Virus record (IMG/VR): IMGVR_UViG_3300045930_000291
Direction: 5' to 3' (one strand)
Source: an uncultured virus (IMG/VR IMGVR_UViG_3300045930_000291)
Lineage: Duplodnaviria > Heunggongvirae > Uroviricota > Caudoviricetes
Length of the DNA: 64,000 nucleotides
Part shown: positions 37,336 to 46,976 of the stretch, piece by piece
Layout of the letters: every line of letters begins with the position of its first letter
How positions within the stretch are numbered: position 1 is the stretch's first letter
The notes under the pieces: generated by a model
Told to the model about the DNA's origin: nothing
Databases searched by the model: none
Seen by the model: the letters and a program-made list of their open reading frames with translations, nothing else
Position numbers and translations under genes: made by a program

Positions 37336-40300
37336 ATGGCCACCGCATTCCGCTCCGACAGCGACGTAACGAACGGCACGGCCGGCACGGCCGTAACCGT
37401 CAACAAGCCATCGGGAACAACCGACGGGGACTGCCTCATCGCCTACATCGCCGCGGCTGGCGCACCGACCATAACTCCGCCCGCGGGATGGGATCTGGTC
37501 CCGTCAACGCCGGTGGCGTCCGGGTCGAACGTGACCCTGTGGGCGTATTCGAAGATCGCGTCGTCTGAGGGCGCTTCGTGGACGTGGACGCTCGGCACCT
37601 CGCTACGCAACTGGGGTTGGGTCGGCGCATACACCGGCGTGGACCCGGATGATCCGGTCTACGAGCCGGCGCTTGGGGGTGGACAAGGCGGCGAGTCCGA
37701 CACCACGCTGGACTCCAGCACGACGCTGATCACCGGCACCAGTTCCACACCGGCGAGCATGGCCGTCTCCGCCGCCGCAGCGGTGCGAACGGCATCGGGT
37801 TCGGCGACGACATGGACCTTCAGCGAGTTCAACGGAATCGCCACCAACGAGCGGACGGACCTATCCACCAACGCAGGAGCCGGCACCGACATCGCCGGCG
37901 TGGTCGGCGACCTTCAGTGGCCCGAGTCTTACGGCACCCTTGTCTTTCCCGATTCGGTGGCGTCCCAGTCGCAGACAGCCGGCGCCGCCTATGTGCTGGT
38001 GCTGCGGCCCTACTTCACGCCGTTTGACGGCGACCTGCTTGGCGGCGGCATCGCGGTCGATGCGGCGTTCGGTGCCGACCCCGACGGCGACCAGGACGAC
38101 TGGACGTGGACGGACCTCGCCATCCTTGGTCTGGTGGCCGAGGACGAGCAGGTGGTCATCAAGTCGGGCCGGCCCAATGGGACGTCAACGTGCGATCCGA
38201 TCGAGATCGAGCTGACGCTAAAGGACCTCAACGGTGAGTTCACCTCGCCGTCGGGGACGTATACCGAGAACCTCGTACGCAACCTGCCCATGAGGATCCG
38301 GCTGACCGGCTTCGGCGTCGGCGCAACCGACGGCTACCACCGAGGGACCGCATACCTTGCCGAGGCAAAACCGCGCTGGGACACCTCGGGCAACGCGGCC
38401 TTTGTGGACGTCGTACTCAAGGGCCGGTCGTGGCGGACTCAGCGGGACTCGGACACCACCGGACCGCTGCACTCGGCCGGGTACCGGCGGATGATCGGGC
38501 TGGGCAACGACCCTGATGCGCTCGCGCCCGTGGCGTACTGGTCGTTCGAGGACCAGTCCGGGGCAACGTCGGCGGCGGCCGCCATCGACGGCGTCGCCAA
38601 CGCTGCAGTAGCCGGAGTCACCTTCTCGGCCAACAACAGTCTGTATGTGGGCTCAGAGTCGCTGGCGACTTTCACAGCTACGTCGGCTGTCTCGGCTCCC
38701 ATACCCACCTATGCTGCGACTGATCATTGGGCGGTCATCTGGGCTGAGAGCATCCCATCGGAGCCCGCGGCGCAGACTGTGCTCGCCTTCGTGACCACCA
38801 CCGGAACCGCGCGGCGGTGGCGGCTGTCCATCTCGCCGGGCACCAGCGCCCTGGTTCTCGACGTGTTCGACTCCACTGGCACGTCGCTCCTGTCGACCAA
38901 CGTCACGTTCACCGAGGCCGATGTCTATGGCCAACCGACACTGTTCGCAGTCGCGGCGACCAGGAACGGCACCGGCATCGACTACCAAGCTGTGGTACTT
39001 ACCGCATCTGGTAGTACTGGTGTCACGGGAACACTGGCCGGTCAGACCGCCGGCAACGGCACGCTGTTCCAGACCGTCTACGACGCCGGTGTCAACGGTG
39101 CCACGTTCGGCCACCTCGGCGTCTACACGGACCCGGACTACGAAATCGGCGGCTTCTCCGGAACCTTTGCCGCCGACGCGCTCATTCTCGGCAACGCCGG
39201 CGAATGGCCGTGGTCACGGTTCCAGCGGCTGTGCACAGAGGAAGGCATCAACCATACCTTCGAACAGTCCACAAGCACCGAACTGACGATGGGTCCACAA
39301 GGGACCGACACCCTTATCAACCTGCTACGCGAATGTGAGCAGGCCGAGAACGTAGCAATGCATGATGCTGGAACGCTTGGCGCGCAGACGGGCCTGCTCA
39401 ACCTTCCCGCCCACGAGGAACGCGACAACGCGGAGGTGGTGCTGACTCTCGACATTGCATCCGGTGAGGTGACCGGCGGCTTCGTGCCATCGCTGGATGA
39501 CCAGGACATCGTCAACGACGCCGAAGTCATCCGCGACGGCGGGTCCTCGGCGAGGGTTACCGATGACGCCTCGATCGCAGTCGAGAAGCGCTACCCGCGT
39601 CAGTACACCGTCAGCACCGAGGACGACTCGATGCTGCGGCATATGGCATCGCAGCGGGTCAACGAGGGCACCGCCGGCCACCAAGTCGGCGTGATGCGGA
39701 TGCCGACAGTGGCATTCAACCTGCGCAAGTCGACCGGCCTCACCGAGGACTGGCTCGCATGCCGACTCGGTTCGAAGGTGCGGATTCAGAACCCGCCGTC
39801 GCAGTGGCCGCCCGACGACATCGACTGCTTCATCGAAGGGTACGAGGAGCGGATCTCCTCCCGTAGCTGGGGGGTCGCGCTCAACCTATCGCCGGCCGAC
39901 GCATTCGGCGTCTTCCTGCTCGCCGAGACCTCCAGTGATGCGGGGGAGTGGGTTGGTCGGCTGGCCGAGGACGAGGGCGCACGGATCCGCGCGGCCATCA
40001 ACGACTCGACCACGTCGATCGACTTCGACCCGAACCGCTACCGGTGGACGACTACGGCGGACGACTTCGACCCCGACCCGGTCATTCGCATCGGGAACAT
40101 GGCCCGAGTCAAGGAGACCGTGACCGTCTCGTCCATTGCCACCACGGCGGCCACCTACGTCGCGGCCGGTGCTGCGTCGCACGCCGACAATGCGGCGGTC
40201 ACCCCGGCCCTGTATGCAGGTGGGGCCGCGAACGATTTGATCCTGGTGTTGGCCCGTATCCGCTCCAGTGCGGGAACACTCGCCACCCCGACCGGATACA

Positions 40301-40896
40301 CCCGGCTGCCGGTCAACAACCTCACCGCGTCCTCGACGATCCAGCTGTATGCGAAAGTCCACTCTGGATCGGAGTCCAACCCCACCGTCACCCCGTCCGG
40401 CGGCTCGGCCGGGGATACCGTCTCGGCAGTCACATTCGGCTTCCGGGGAATGCCGTGCACGCTACCCGACCTGGCCGACATTGTGGTGGACTCGTGGGGC
40501 CAGTCCAACTCGTCGGCACAGAACATCGCCTACCCCGGCCTGTACCCCCGCCTTCAGGAGGGCTGCGTTGTCCTCGCCATCGGCGGGAAGGACGACGACT
40601 GGACCTCGGTGGCCACCCTGTCCGGTTTCGCCGAAGCGGTCGACGCGTCCACCACCACAGGGAACGACCAGGGTCTCGTCGTGGACTACGTCATCCAAAC
40701 CACGCCGGCGGTGGTGAATGAAAGCTCGTTCACCGTGACTGGCGGCGCATCGGCCGTGTCGCACGGCATCACCATCGCGCTGGCTGGCGGCTACCAGACG
40801 CTGACCGTCTCGGCCCGCTCCTACAACGGTGTGACCAAATCCCACTCGGCCGGAACGAAGATCGGGGTGGACCATCCTCATGTTCTTGGAATGTAG
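37336..40896 (+). CDS. Large multi-domain minor tail/baseplate protein (LamG-like region)
   Basis: 1186 aa after tape measure; PVAYWSFEDQSG; related beta domains near both termini. Confidence 0.8.
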   Translation: MATAFRSDSDVTNGTAGTAVTVNKPSGTTDGDCLIAYIAAAGAPTITPPAGWDLVPSTPVASGSNVTLWAYSKIASSEGASWTWTLGTSLRNWGWVGAYTGVDPDDPVYEPALGGGQGGESDTTLDSSTTLITGTSSTPASMAVSAAAAVRTASGSATTWTFSEFNGIATNERTDLSTNAGAGTDIAGVVGDLQWPESYGTLVFPDSVASQSQTAGAAYVLVLRPYFTPFDGDLLGGGIAVDAAFGADPDGDQDDWTWTDLAILGLVAEDEQVVIKSGRPNGTSTCDPIEIELTLKDLNGEFTSPSGTYTENLVRNLPMRIRLTGFGVGATDGYHRGTAYLAEAKPRWDTSGNAAFVDVVLKGRSWRTQRDSDTTGPLHSAGYRRMIGLGNDPDALAPVAYWSFEDQSGATSAAAAIDGVANAAVAGVTFSANNSLYVGSESLATFTATSAVSAPIPTYAATDHWAVIWAESIPSEPAAQTVLAFVTTTGTARRWRLSISPGTSALVLDVFDSTGTSLLSTNVTFTEADVYGQPTLFAVAATRNGTGIDYQAVVLTASGSTGVTGTLAGQTAGNGTLFQTVYDAGVNGATFGHLGVYTDPDYEIGGFSGTFAADALILGNAGEWPWSRFQRLCTEEGINHTFEQSTSTELTMGPQGTDTLINLLRECEQAENVAMHDAGTLGAQTGLLNLPAHEERDNAEVVLTLDIASGEVTGGFVPSLDDQDIVNDAEVIRDGGSSARVTDDASIAVEKRYPRQYTVSTEDDSMLRHMASQRVNEGTAGHQVGVMRMPTVAFNLRKSTGLTEDWLACRLGSKVRIQNPPSQWPPDDIDCFIEGYEERISSRSWGVALNLSPADAFGVFLLAETSSDAGEWVGRLAEDEGARIRAAINDSTTSIDFDPNRYRWTTTADDFDPDPVIRIGNMARVKETVTVSSIATTAATYVAAGAASHADNAAVTPALYAGGAANDLILVLARIRSSAGTLATPTGYTRLPVNNLTASSTIQLYAKVHSGSESNPTVTPSGGSAGDTVSAVTFGFRGMPCTLPDLADIVVDSWGQSNSSAQNIAYPGLYPRLQEGCVVLAIGGKDDDWTSVATLSGFAEAVDASTTTGNDQGLVVDYVIQTTPAVVNESSFTVTGGASAVSHGITIALAGGYQTLTVSARSYNGVTKSHSAGTKIGVDHPHVLGM

Positions 40897-41403
40897 ATGG
40901 CGCTGACCACCATCCCCGCCGCTGGTGCGAAACTGCGCGGCACGGTGCTGAGCAGCCTCATCACCGAGGTCCGACCGGTCGCGGCGTACAAGACTGCCAC
41001 TGAGACGGTCAACAACTCCAACGTCTTGCAGAACGACGACACCTTGTTCGTGCCGGTGACCGCGAACGCGGTTTACGAAGCCCGTGGCCGGTTCCTGTAC
41101 AACGGCAACTCCACCGCGGACCTCAAACTGGGCTGGACGTTCCCGACCGGGTTGACCATGAGCTACACCATCCTCGGTGTCTTTGTGGCCACGCCGACCG
41201 TGTTTTCCACCTCCGACTTCAGCCAGACGTCCAACCCAGCCCTCGAGGGTGCCGGCGCGGACCGGACGGCGATCATGTGGGGGTTGGTGACCGTCTCGTC
41301 AACGGCGGGCACGCTGCAGCTGCAGTGGGCGCAGAACGCCGCGAATGCGAGCAACACCAACATGCTCGCCGGCAGCTACCTGATCCTGACCCCGATCGCG
41401 TAG
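40897..41403 (+). CDS. Minor tail protein
   Basis: TAGTLQLQWAQN, AGSYL; position. Confidence 0.75.
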   Translation: MALTTIPAAGAKLRGTVLSSLITEVRPVAAYKTATETVNNSNVLQNDDTLFVPVTANAVYEARGRFLYNGNSTADLKLGWTFPTGLTMSYTILGVFVATPTVFSTSDFSQTSNPALEGAGADRTAIMWGLVTVSSTAGTLQLQWAQNAANASNTNMLAGSYLILTPIA

Positions 41404-41424
41404 GGGAAGGAGGAGGAGGCAACC

Positions 41425-42294
41425 ATGGCCACCAGCAATGACCACCCCGGCTTGCCCTTCGTCCAGGCGAAGGGTTACGCCAGCGGTCGACCTGACGGTC
41501 CTCCACTGTGGATTGTGGTGCACGACATGGAAGCCTCCGAGTACTCGGGCCGCGCAGAGTCCACCGCGGTCTACTTCGCCGATCCGCCCGACGGCCGGCA
41601 GGTGTCATCGCACTACGTTGTGGACAACGATTCCGTGATCCAGTGCGTCGACCTCGATGACGTCGCCTGGACCGTAGGCAACCGGCCCGGCAACAACCGC
41701 GGCATTAACTGGGAGCTGGCCGGCTTCGCGAGGCAGACCCGCGCTGAGTGGCTGGATCCGTTCGGTGTGGCCATGTTCGCGCGGATGGCGCCGATCGCCG
41801 CGGCGGACATGCACCGGTTCAACATCCCCAATCGGTGGTGCACAATCGCTGATCTGCAGGCCCGGCGGCCGGGACTCACCACGCACAACGACCTGCGGAT
41901 CGCGTTCGGTGTGACGACCCACACCGACCCCGGTCCCAACTTCCCCCGCGACTACCTGCAGCAGGTCCTCGCGGCCGCGCTCAACCCATCTGAGGAGGAC
42001 GACATGGATCCGCAGGTAGAGCATGACCTGATCTGGACCACCAACGGCATCGCCAAGGGCGACAACCCGATCGTCATCCCCACCCGCACTGGTGGGCTAC
42101 CGGAGCGGCGCATCCCGAACGCGATTCGGGCCGAGTTGGACGCCGTGAAAGCGGCGCTGTCCGAGCCGGTACCGGTGGAGGTGGATGCGGCCACGCTGGC
42201 TGAGGCGTTCACGCTTGCCCTGCAGGACCCGGCGACGCTGGCCGCTTTGGCGAAGGCCGTCAACGACGACGCGGCCGCCCGGCTCGCGCAGTAG
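41425..42294 (+). CDS. Endolysin, N-acetylmuramoyl-L-alanine amidase (Amidase_2)
   Basis: IVVHDME, VSSHYVVD, VAWTVG, GINWELAG, THND...HTDPG. Confidence 0.9.
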   Translation: MATSNDHPGLPFVQAKGYASGRPDGPPLWIVVHDMEASEYSGRAESTAVYFADPPDGRQVSSHYVVDNDSVIQCVDLDDVAWTVGNRPGNNRGINWELAGFARQTRAEWLDPFGVAMFARMAPIAAADMHRFNIPNRWCTIADLQARRPGLTTHNDLRIAFGVTTHTDPGPNFPRDYLQQVLAAALNPSEEDDMDPQVEHDLIWTTNGIAKGDNPIVIPTRTGGLPERRIPNAIRAELDAVKAALSEPVPVEVDAATLAEAFTLALQDPATLAALAKAVNDDAAARLAQ

Positions 42295-42321
42295 GAGCGA
42301 ACAACCCGGACAGAGGGGTAG

Positions 42322-42507
42322 ATGAGTGTCCGTGACCTGCTGCTGGTCATCTACGGGGCCGTCTGGGCGGTGGTGGTGATCATCATTGCGTTGTCGAACC
42401 ACGGGGATGTGCCACCGGCGATGTGGGCGGTGCTGTCCGGCGGGATCGTCGGGATCCTGACCGCGTTCCGCGTGAACGGCGGCGGCCCCAAGGATCGTGA
42501 TGGCTGA
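42322..42507 (+). CDS. Two-TM membrane protein (lysis cassette)
   Basis: Two hydrophobic helices. Confidence 0.65.
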   Translation: MSVRDLLLVIYGAVWAVVVIIIALSNHGDVPPAMWAVLSGGIVGILTAFRVNGGGPKDRDG

Positions 42508-42610
42508 GGTGCTGGTGGTCGTCGCGTGGGTCATCGGTGGTGCGATCGGCGGTGTCGTGTTCGGCACGCCGATACGGGCTGTCGTGCGAAGGGTACGCGA
42601 CCATGATTGA
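42500..42610 (+). CDS. Very small membrane peptide (absent from the ORF track)
   Basis: MAEVLVVVAWVIGGAIGGVVFGTPIRAVVRRVRDHD*, overlaps both neighbours. Confidence 0.5.
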   Translation: MAEVLVVVAWVIGGAIGGVVFGTPIRAVVRRVRDHD

Positions 42611-43001
42611 CCGGCAACGGTTCACCGCGTGGATAGTGCTGGCCGTCTCGCTCGTGTCGCTGGTGATGGCGGCGGTGACCAGTATCCAGTCGTATCGCCA
42701 GGCCGCCTGCCAGGCCAACTACAACGAGATCAACAATCAGCGCACCCGGATCCTCACCGACGTGGGTGCGAAGGAACGCGAAGCCGAGCGGCGCCGCGAC
42801 GCCGCACTGGACGCCACGTTCCTCGACCCCTCGGTGGCGAAGCCAGTCAGCCAACGCACACCTGAGGACCAGCACCGGGTGCAGGCACTTTTTGCCGAGT
42901 ACCTCGATGCCGCCCGGGCGGTGGCGACGGAACGTGCGGCTGCCGACGAAGCGAGAGCGGCGAACCCGGTGCCGCCTCCGCCGTCAGCTGTCTGCGGCTG
43001 A
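42603..43001 (+). CDS. Membrane-anchored coiled-coil lysis-cassette protein
   Basis: N-terminal TM, CQANYN...PPPPSAVC. Confidence 0.65.
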   Translation: MIDRQRFTAWIVLAVSLVSLVMAAVTSIQSYRQAACQANYNEINNQRTRILTDVGAKEREAERRRDAALDATFLDPSVAKPVSQRTPEDQHRVQALFAEYLDAARAVATERAAADEARAANPVPPPPSAVCG

Positions 43002-43015
43002 CTTCGCGCAGCCGG

Positions 43016-43491
43016 GTGGCCGGACACTCCACCCGCAGTGGCAGTACCACACCTCGTGCATGGACCGCTCGTCCCCGACCGGGCAGCCGTCGCAGGAGGT
43101 CATCCCGGACGTCACCGCACCAGGTAGCAGCGGTGTCCGGCAGTCCCGGCAGCGCACTGGACCAGGCGTGCATGGCCATCAACGCCGCCTTCGACCAGGT
43201 CGCCTACCTCTGGTCGGCTCGGCGCTCGAGCGACCCGACTACCGGGACGTCGACGTGCGGGTCATCTTGGACGACGACGTGTACGCCCGGATGTTCCCCG
43301 GCCCCGGCCAGCAGCGCGCCCACCCGTACTGGTCGCTGCTGTCCTCGGCGATCTCCCTGCAGCTGGGCCAGATGACCGGCCTGCCGATCGACTTCCAGAT
43401 CCAGGCGTTCACCGCCGCGAACGAGCACCACAAGGGCCCGCGTGATCCGTTGGGGATCTTCCCCACGGCGCCCGAACGAGTGGAGGAGTAG
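43016..43491 (+). pseudogene. Minimal Pol-beta-type nucleotidyltransferase split by an apparent frameshift at about 43210
   Basis: LDQACMAINAAFDQVAYL in one frame, VGSALERPDYRDVDVRVIL...GLPIDFQIQ in another; start uncertain. Confidence 0.55.
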
Positions 43492-43493
43492 CG

Positions 43494-43676
43494 ATGAAGC
43501 TGTCCGAGTACGCCAAGGCCATCGTCGCCGGCCTGGCCGCCGGTGTGGTCATGTTCTTCACGCTCCGCGAGGGCGGGTTGACCGGTGACGAATGGGCCAC
43601 GATCGCGGCGTCGGTGGCGTCGGCGGCCGGGATCACGTGGGCGGTGCCGAACAAGCCGCAGGAGCCGACACAGTGA
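43494..43676 (+). CDS. Holin
   Basis: YAKAIVAG...ITWAVPN, two TM segments. Confidence 0.75.
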   Translation: MKLSEYAKAIVAGLAAGVVMFFTLREGGLTGDEWATIAASVASAAGITWAVPNKPQEPTQ

Positions 43677-43924
43677 CGACGCTGACGCACACCTACACGC
43701 GCACGTACAACACGATCGACTTCGCCGACCCGTACAAGAAGTGCCTCCGCTGCCACCGTTGGGTCGACGGCACACTCGACGCGCCCGGCCCAATCGTTGT
43801 CGTTCCCTGCGAGCACGAGGGTTACCGCGATCTGTGCCCGAGCTGGTCGCCGGTCGACGGGTGTGGCTGCCCGGCTGGGACGCACGAGATGCGGCCGGTC
43901 GCCGACGACGGCAAGGTGTACTGA
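43673..43924 (+). CDS. Small Cys-rich hypothetical protein
   Basis: CLRC...CPSWSPVDGCGC. Confidence 0.65.
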   Translation: MTTLTHTYTRTYNTIDFADPYKKCLRCHRWVDGTLDAPGPIVVVPCEHEGYRDLCPSWSPVDGCGCPAGTHEMRPVADDGKVY

Positions 43925-43939
43925 CCCCCCCAGAAACCA

Positions 43940-43989
43940 AAATGGCCCCGGCCACCAGCTCATCACGAGCCTGGTGGCCGGGGCCATTT
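43940..43989. terminator. Bidirectional intrinsic terminator between convergent late and accessory transcripts
   Basis: 19-bp stem AAATGGCCCCGGCCACCAG/CTGGTGGCCGGGGCCATTT. Confidence 0.8.
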
Positions 43990-44021
43990 CGTCGTCTCAA
44001 GTGGACTGTCGTGTGTGGACA

Positions 44022-44204
44022 TCACTGGCGTTCGGCGAGTACCTCGTCGAGCGCCTGGAGAATTGCGCGGTGTTCCTCCCAGGAGTCGAGGCGCCGCATG
44101 AGGCCAATCGCCGGAACCTCGGGCGGCGAATCGGGGTACGCCTTCGCGTACCGGCGGATCTCCTCCAGTGCGGACTCTTTCGTGATCTCGCGGTACCCGG
44201 CCAT
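44022..44204 (-). CDS. Small hypothetical protein
   Basis: GAGAGGAGGCCA RBS; MAGYREITKESALEE. Confidence 0.65.
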   Translation of the reverse strand: MAGYREITKESALEEIRRYAKAYPDSPPEVPAIGLMRRLDSWEEHRAILQALDEVLAERQ

Positions 44205-44218
44205 TTCGTGGCCTCCTC

Positions 44219-44419
44219 TCACGTGCTCGCCTTGCGCGCGAGACCGAGGCGTTCCAACCAGATCCCCTCGTGTGCGTCGAGGATCGCCCTCACTTCGTCG
44301 CGGAATGCTGCGTCGTCGCCGAGGGTCTTGATGTCGGCACCTCGGATCATGCCGAGTACGAGGCCCCACGTGTCGTCGGCTGCACTCAGCCGTTGTGCGT
44401 ACTCTTCCTTGCTGGCCAC
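44219..44419 (-). CDS. Small hypothetical protein
   Basis: Same GAGAGGAGGCCA RBS. Confidence 0.65.
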   Translation of the reverse strand: MASKEEYAQRLSAADDTWGLVLGMIRGADIKTLGDDAAFRDEVRAILDAHEGIWLERLGLARKAST

Positions 44420-44548
44420 GTGGTGGCCTCCTCTCTCGTCCGATACGGACGGATCAGCACACCCCGCTCGGGATGTACCAGTCGGCCCGCACCCTACGGG
44501 TATTGCCGTCTGCGGGGGCCACCCTTTCAGATGACCCCCGCACAGCCA

Positions 44549-45154
44549 CTACTTCTTCGGTCGGCGATCCGTGAGGACCCGACCCGTCAGCGGGGAGCGC
44601 ACCACCCGCTCGGGGCCGTTCCAGGACCTCGACTCGTCGAGATCGTCGTCGGTCTCCTCAGTCGGAGCCCGGAACATTGGCGCGACGGCCGGCGAGACCG
44701 GCACTGGCAACCTCACCGGGGCGCCGGCCGTGATGTCGGCTGCCTGCGCTTCGGGGGTCACCCGATCGGCTGTATCCCGCTCCCGCAGCTTGCGCCCGCG
44801 CGAGGACAGGATCTCCACCACCAGCAGCAGCGCGATCGCCGGCCACGCCGCCACCCCGCGACCCAACAGGGTCGGCTGGGCGGACATCACGTTGGCACCG
44901 ACGGACGCCGCGATACCGATGCTGAACCCGATCTTCGTCTGCCAGGAGGGCTTGCGACCCTCAGCCCGGGCGTCGACCATGGCGACCGACGCGACGATCA
45001 GCAGACCGTCAACCGAGAGAGGCAACAGGTGCGCGAGCTCGTCGCGCTCGCCGGCCAGTTTGGCCACGGCCACCTGGTGCCAGTAGCTGGCGTAGCCCGC
45101 GATGCTCGCCACCACTGTCGCGGAGGCGTTGCGGGCCAAACGCTTGACGTTCAT
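44549..45154 (-). CDS. DUF2637 family membrane protein
   Basis: SYWH, LLPLSVDGLLIVAS, SVGANV, VAAWPAIALLL. Confidence 0.8.
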   Translation of the reverse strand: MNVKRLARNASATVVASIAGYASYWHQVAVAKLAGERDELAHLLPLSVDGLLIVASVAMVDARAEGRKPSWQTKIGFSIGIAASVGANVMSAQPTLLGRGVAAWPAIALLLVVEILSSRGRKLRERDTADRVTPEAQAADITAGAPVRLPVPVSPAVAPMFRAPTEETDDDLDESRSWNGPERVVRSPLTGRVLTDRRPKK

Positions 45155-45340
45155 GTGGGTCTCCCTCCCACTGGCCACCCCGGTTGGGTGGCGGGAGTGA
45201 CGCGGCGCCAGCGAAGGCGTCTGGGGAGATGACTCTCGCGTCGAGGCGCACTCGCGGTGTGGTCACGCGGTGCTGCCGGGTGCCGCATTCTCGCAGCCGG
45301 TCTTGCCGGGCGGTACCGTGTCCGGGTGCCCTGGGCCTAC

Positions 45341-45658
45341 ATGCAGACCGAGCTGATCCCCGACGACCTGCTCATCCGGCCGATGGTCGGCGAGGAGATC
45401 GGACTGGACTACGACCAGGCCCGGGCCAAGGTCCAGGACCTGCTCGACCGGGCGCCGCAACTCGCGCCGGTCGCGGCCGCGTGGCGCAAAGGTCCGAAGG
45501 ACGACACCGTGTACGCCGGCCCATTCACGTGGACCGTCTTCGCGTACGAAGGCGACGACCCGCGGTCGGCGGCGCTGGCGTGGCTGGAGGACTACGCCGC
45601 GACGATCCGCGCGGCTGGGGTCGATGTTCAGGTGGCCGGGTGGCCCGGGCGGCGCTGA
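45341..45658 (+). CDS. Hypothetical protein (start uncertain)
   Basis: Coding-like GC3 bias; lone plus-strand gene in a minus-strand block. Confidence 0.5.
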   Translation: MQTELIPDDLLIRPMVGEEIGLDYDQARAKVQDLLDRAPQLAPVAAAWRKGPKDDTVYAGPFTWTVFAYEGDDPRSAALAWLEDYAATIRAAGVDVQVAGWPGRR

Positions 45659-45700
45659 GGCGACTAGCTCTCGTCTCAGCACCACCCCCGGTTACCCGGA

Positions 45701-46299
45701 CTACACGCACTCTTCGCAGTACCCAGTCCGATTGAGGGGCAGGCCGCAGTAGTGGCACCGGCCCGTCGCCTTGCCGGCCGGCTGTCCGAGCATGCCCCCG
45801 ACAGCGTCGGCGACCCGGTCCCGCACCGGATACACCGGACGCTCTGCGGCCGGGGTCGACTCGCGCCGAAACGTCGCAGTGCGCGTCGCGATGCCCTGTG
45901 CGGTTCGTTCGTCCATGATCTTGGTAGGGACTACCCACACTGTCTCGCCGTCGGCCTTGGTGACCTCGACCGGCTCACCGACGCGGATGGCATCGGCAGG
46001 GCCGACGATATCCCACCCGTCACTCGCCTTGAAGAACACGGTCTGGCCGGCCTTGACCAGGTCGAGCAGCTGCTGTGCGCGTTGCTCTGGGCTACGCTTC
46101 GGCGCCCGCTGGGCGCGCTGGGCCGCTTCATCGTCGCGATCACCCGCAGTTCGCCGCGGGAGCGGACATTGCTCAAGGTGCGCGCCACGCCGAGGATTTG
46201 GATGTGCGGCACCGCGATGGCATCGATCTCGGCGCGGGTCATGCCCGCTGCCTCCCCGATCGCGTACACCGCCTCGATCTCCGTGTCTGACGGCTTCAT
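45701..46299 (-). pseudogene. Hypothetical gene with an apparent single-base frameshift at about 46135
   Basis: GAGAGGAG RBS + MKPSDTEIEAV...RVIA continues in another frame as DDEAAQRAQ...CHYCG...CEECV*. Confidence 0.5.
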
Positions 46300-46347
46300 C
46301 TTGGTCGCTCCTCTCGTTGGCCTCGGCACTGTCGTGCCGAGCGTCCG

Positions 46348-46456
46348 TGCCCCGTACGGGATTCGAACCCGTCCTCCTTGCGGCCACTCCGCCTCGGCCC
46401 GTCGTCGGGCGACACCGGCTCGGTGGTCTGTTGCACTTCCAGCGTGCTCACGGGGC
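46348..46456 (-). ncRNA. tRNA-like RNA with acceptor stem, D-arm and T-arm but no canonical anticodon arm
   Basis: GCCCCGT/ACGGGGC-A acceptor, GCAC-GCTGGAA-GTGC D-arm, ACGGG-TTCGAAT-CCCGT T-arm, about 58-nt middle with three short hairpins. Confidence 0.6.
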
Positions 46457-46725
46457 GGAGTGCCGGGATGCGCTCCCGGCCGGCGGCGCCACGGTGTCGT
46501 CGGCTGCTCACTACTCCGCTTTCGGGGGAATCCCTAGAGACCTTCCTCGGCGTCGTCTTCCCTCGCCCGCACTCTCCGGCGTCGAGACCGCCCGCGTAAC
46601 CCGTGGCGTTCGGGTGATGATTACGGCTCATCGGTGAGGCCGCTCACGTTTCGCTGTGAGGCGGAGCCAAGCGGCTCGGTCAGGTGCCGGCCGGCCTACA
46701 GCCGGCACCCGCCGTGTGCCTCGGA

Positions 46726-46935
46726 TCACTCCTCGATGCCCTCCGGCAGCTCGATCTCGTAGTCGCAGTTCCAGGAATCAACGCAGTGTGCGCACATCGT
46801 TTCCTGGTGCTCGCAGTTCCACGGGTCGAGCCACTCGACGGGCTGCCACTCGAGGCCGGCCGCCAGGACGATCAGGTTGCCGTTGGCGTCGGTGCCCTCG
46901 GGGTGGTCGAGGAGTACTCGGGCGTAACGCTCCAT
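46726..46935 (-). CDS. Small hypothetical protein
   Basis: GGAG RBS; MERYARVLLDHPEG...CAHC. Confidence 0.6.
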   Translation of the reverse strand: MERYARVLLDHPEGTDANGNLIVLAAGLEWQPVEWLDPWNCEHQETMCAHCVDSWNCDYEIELPEGIEE

Positions 46936-46976
46936 GTCGGGCTCCAATCCGACGGTGCCCCCGACGGGGGCGGAAG

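Noticed and set aside
46620..46690. Hammerhead ribozyme (minus-strand CTGACCGAG / CCGATGAG and CGAAAC)
   Set aside because: Core elements deviate from CUGANGA and could not be arranged with stems I-III; the segments fold better as separate hairpins
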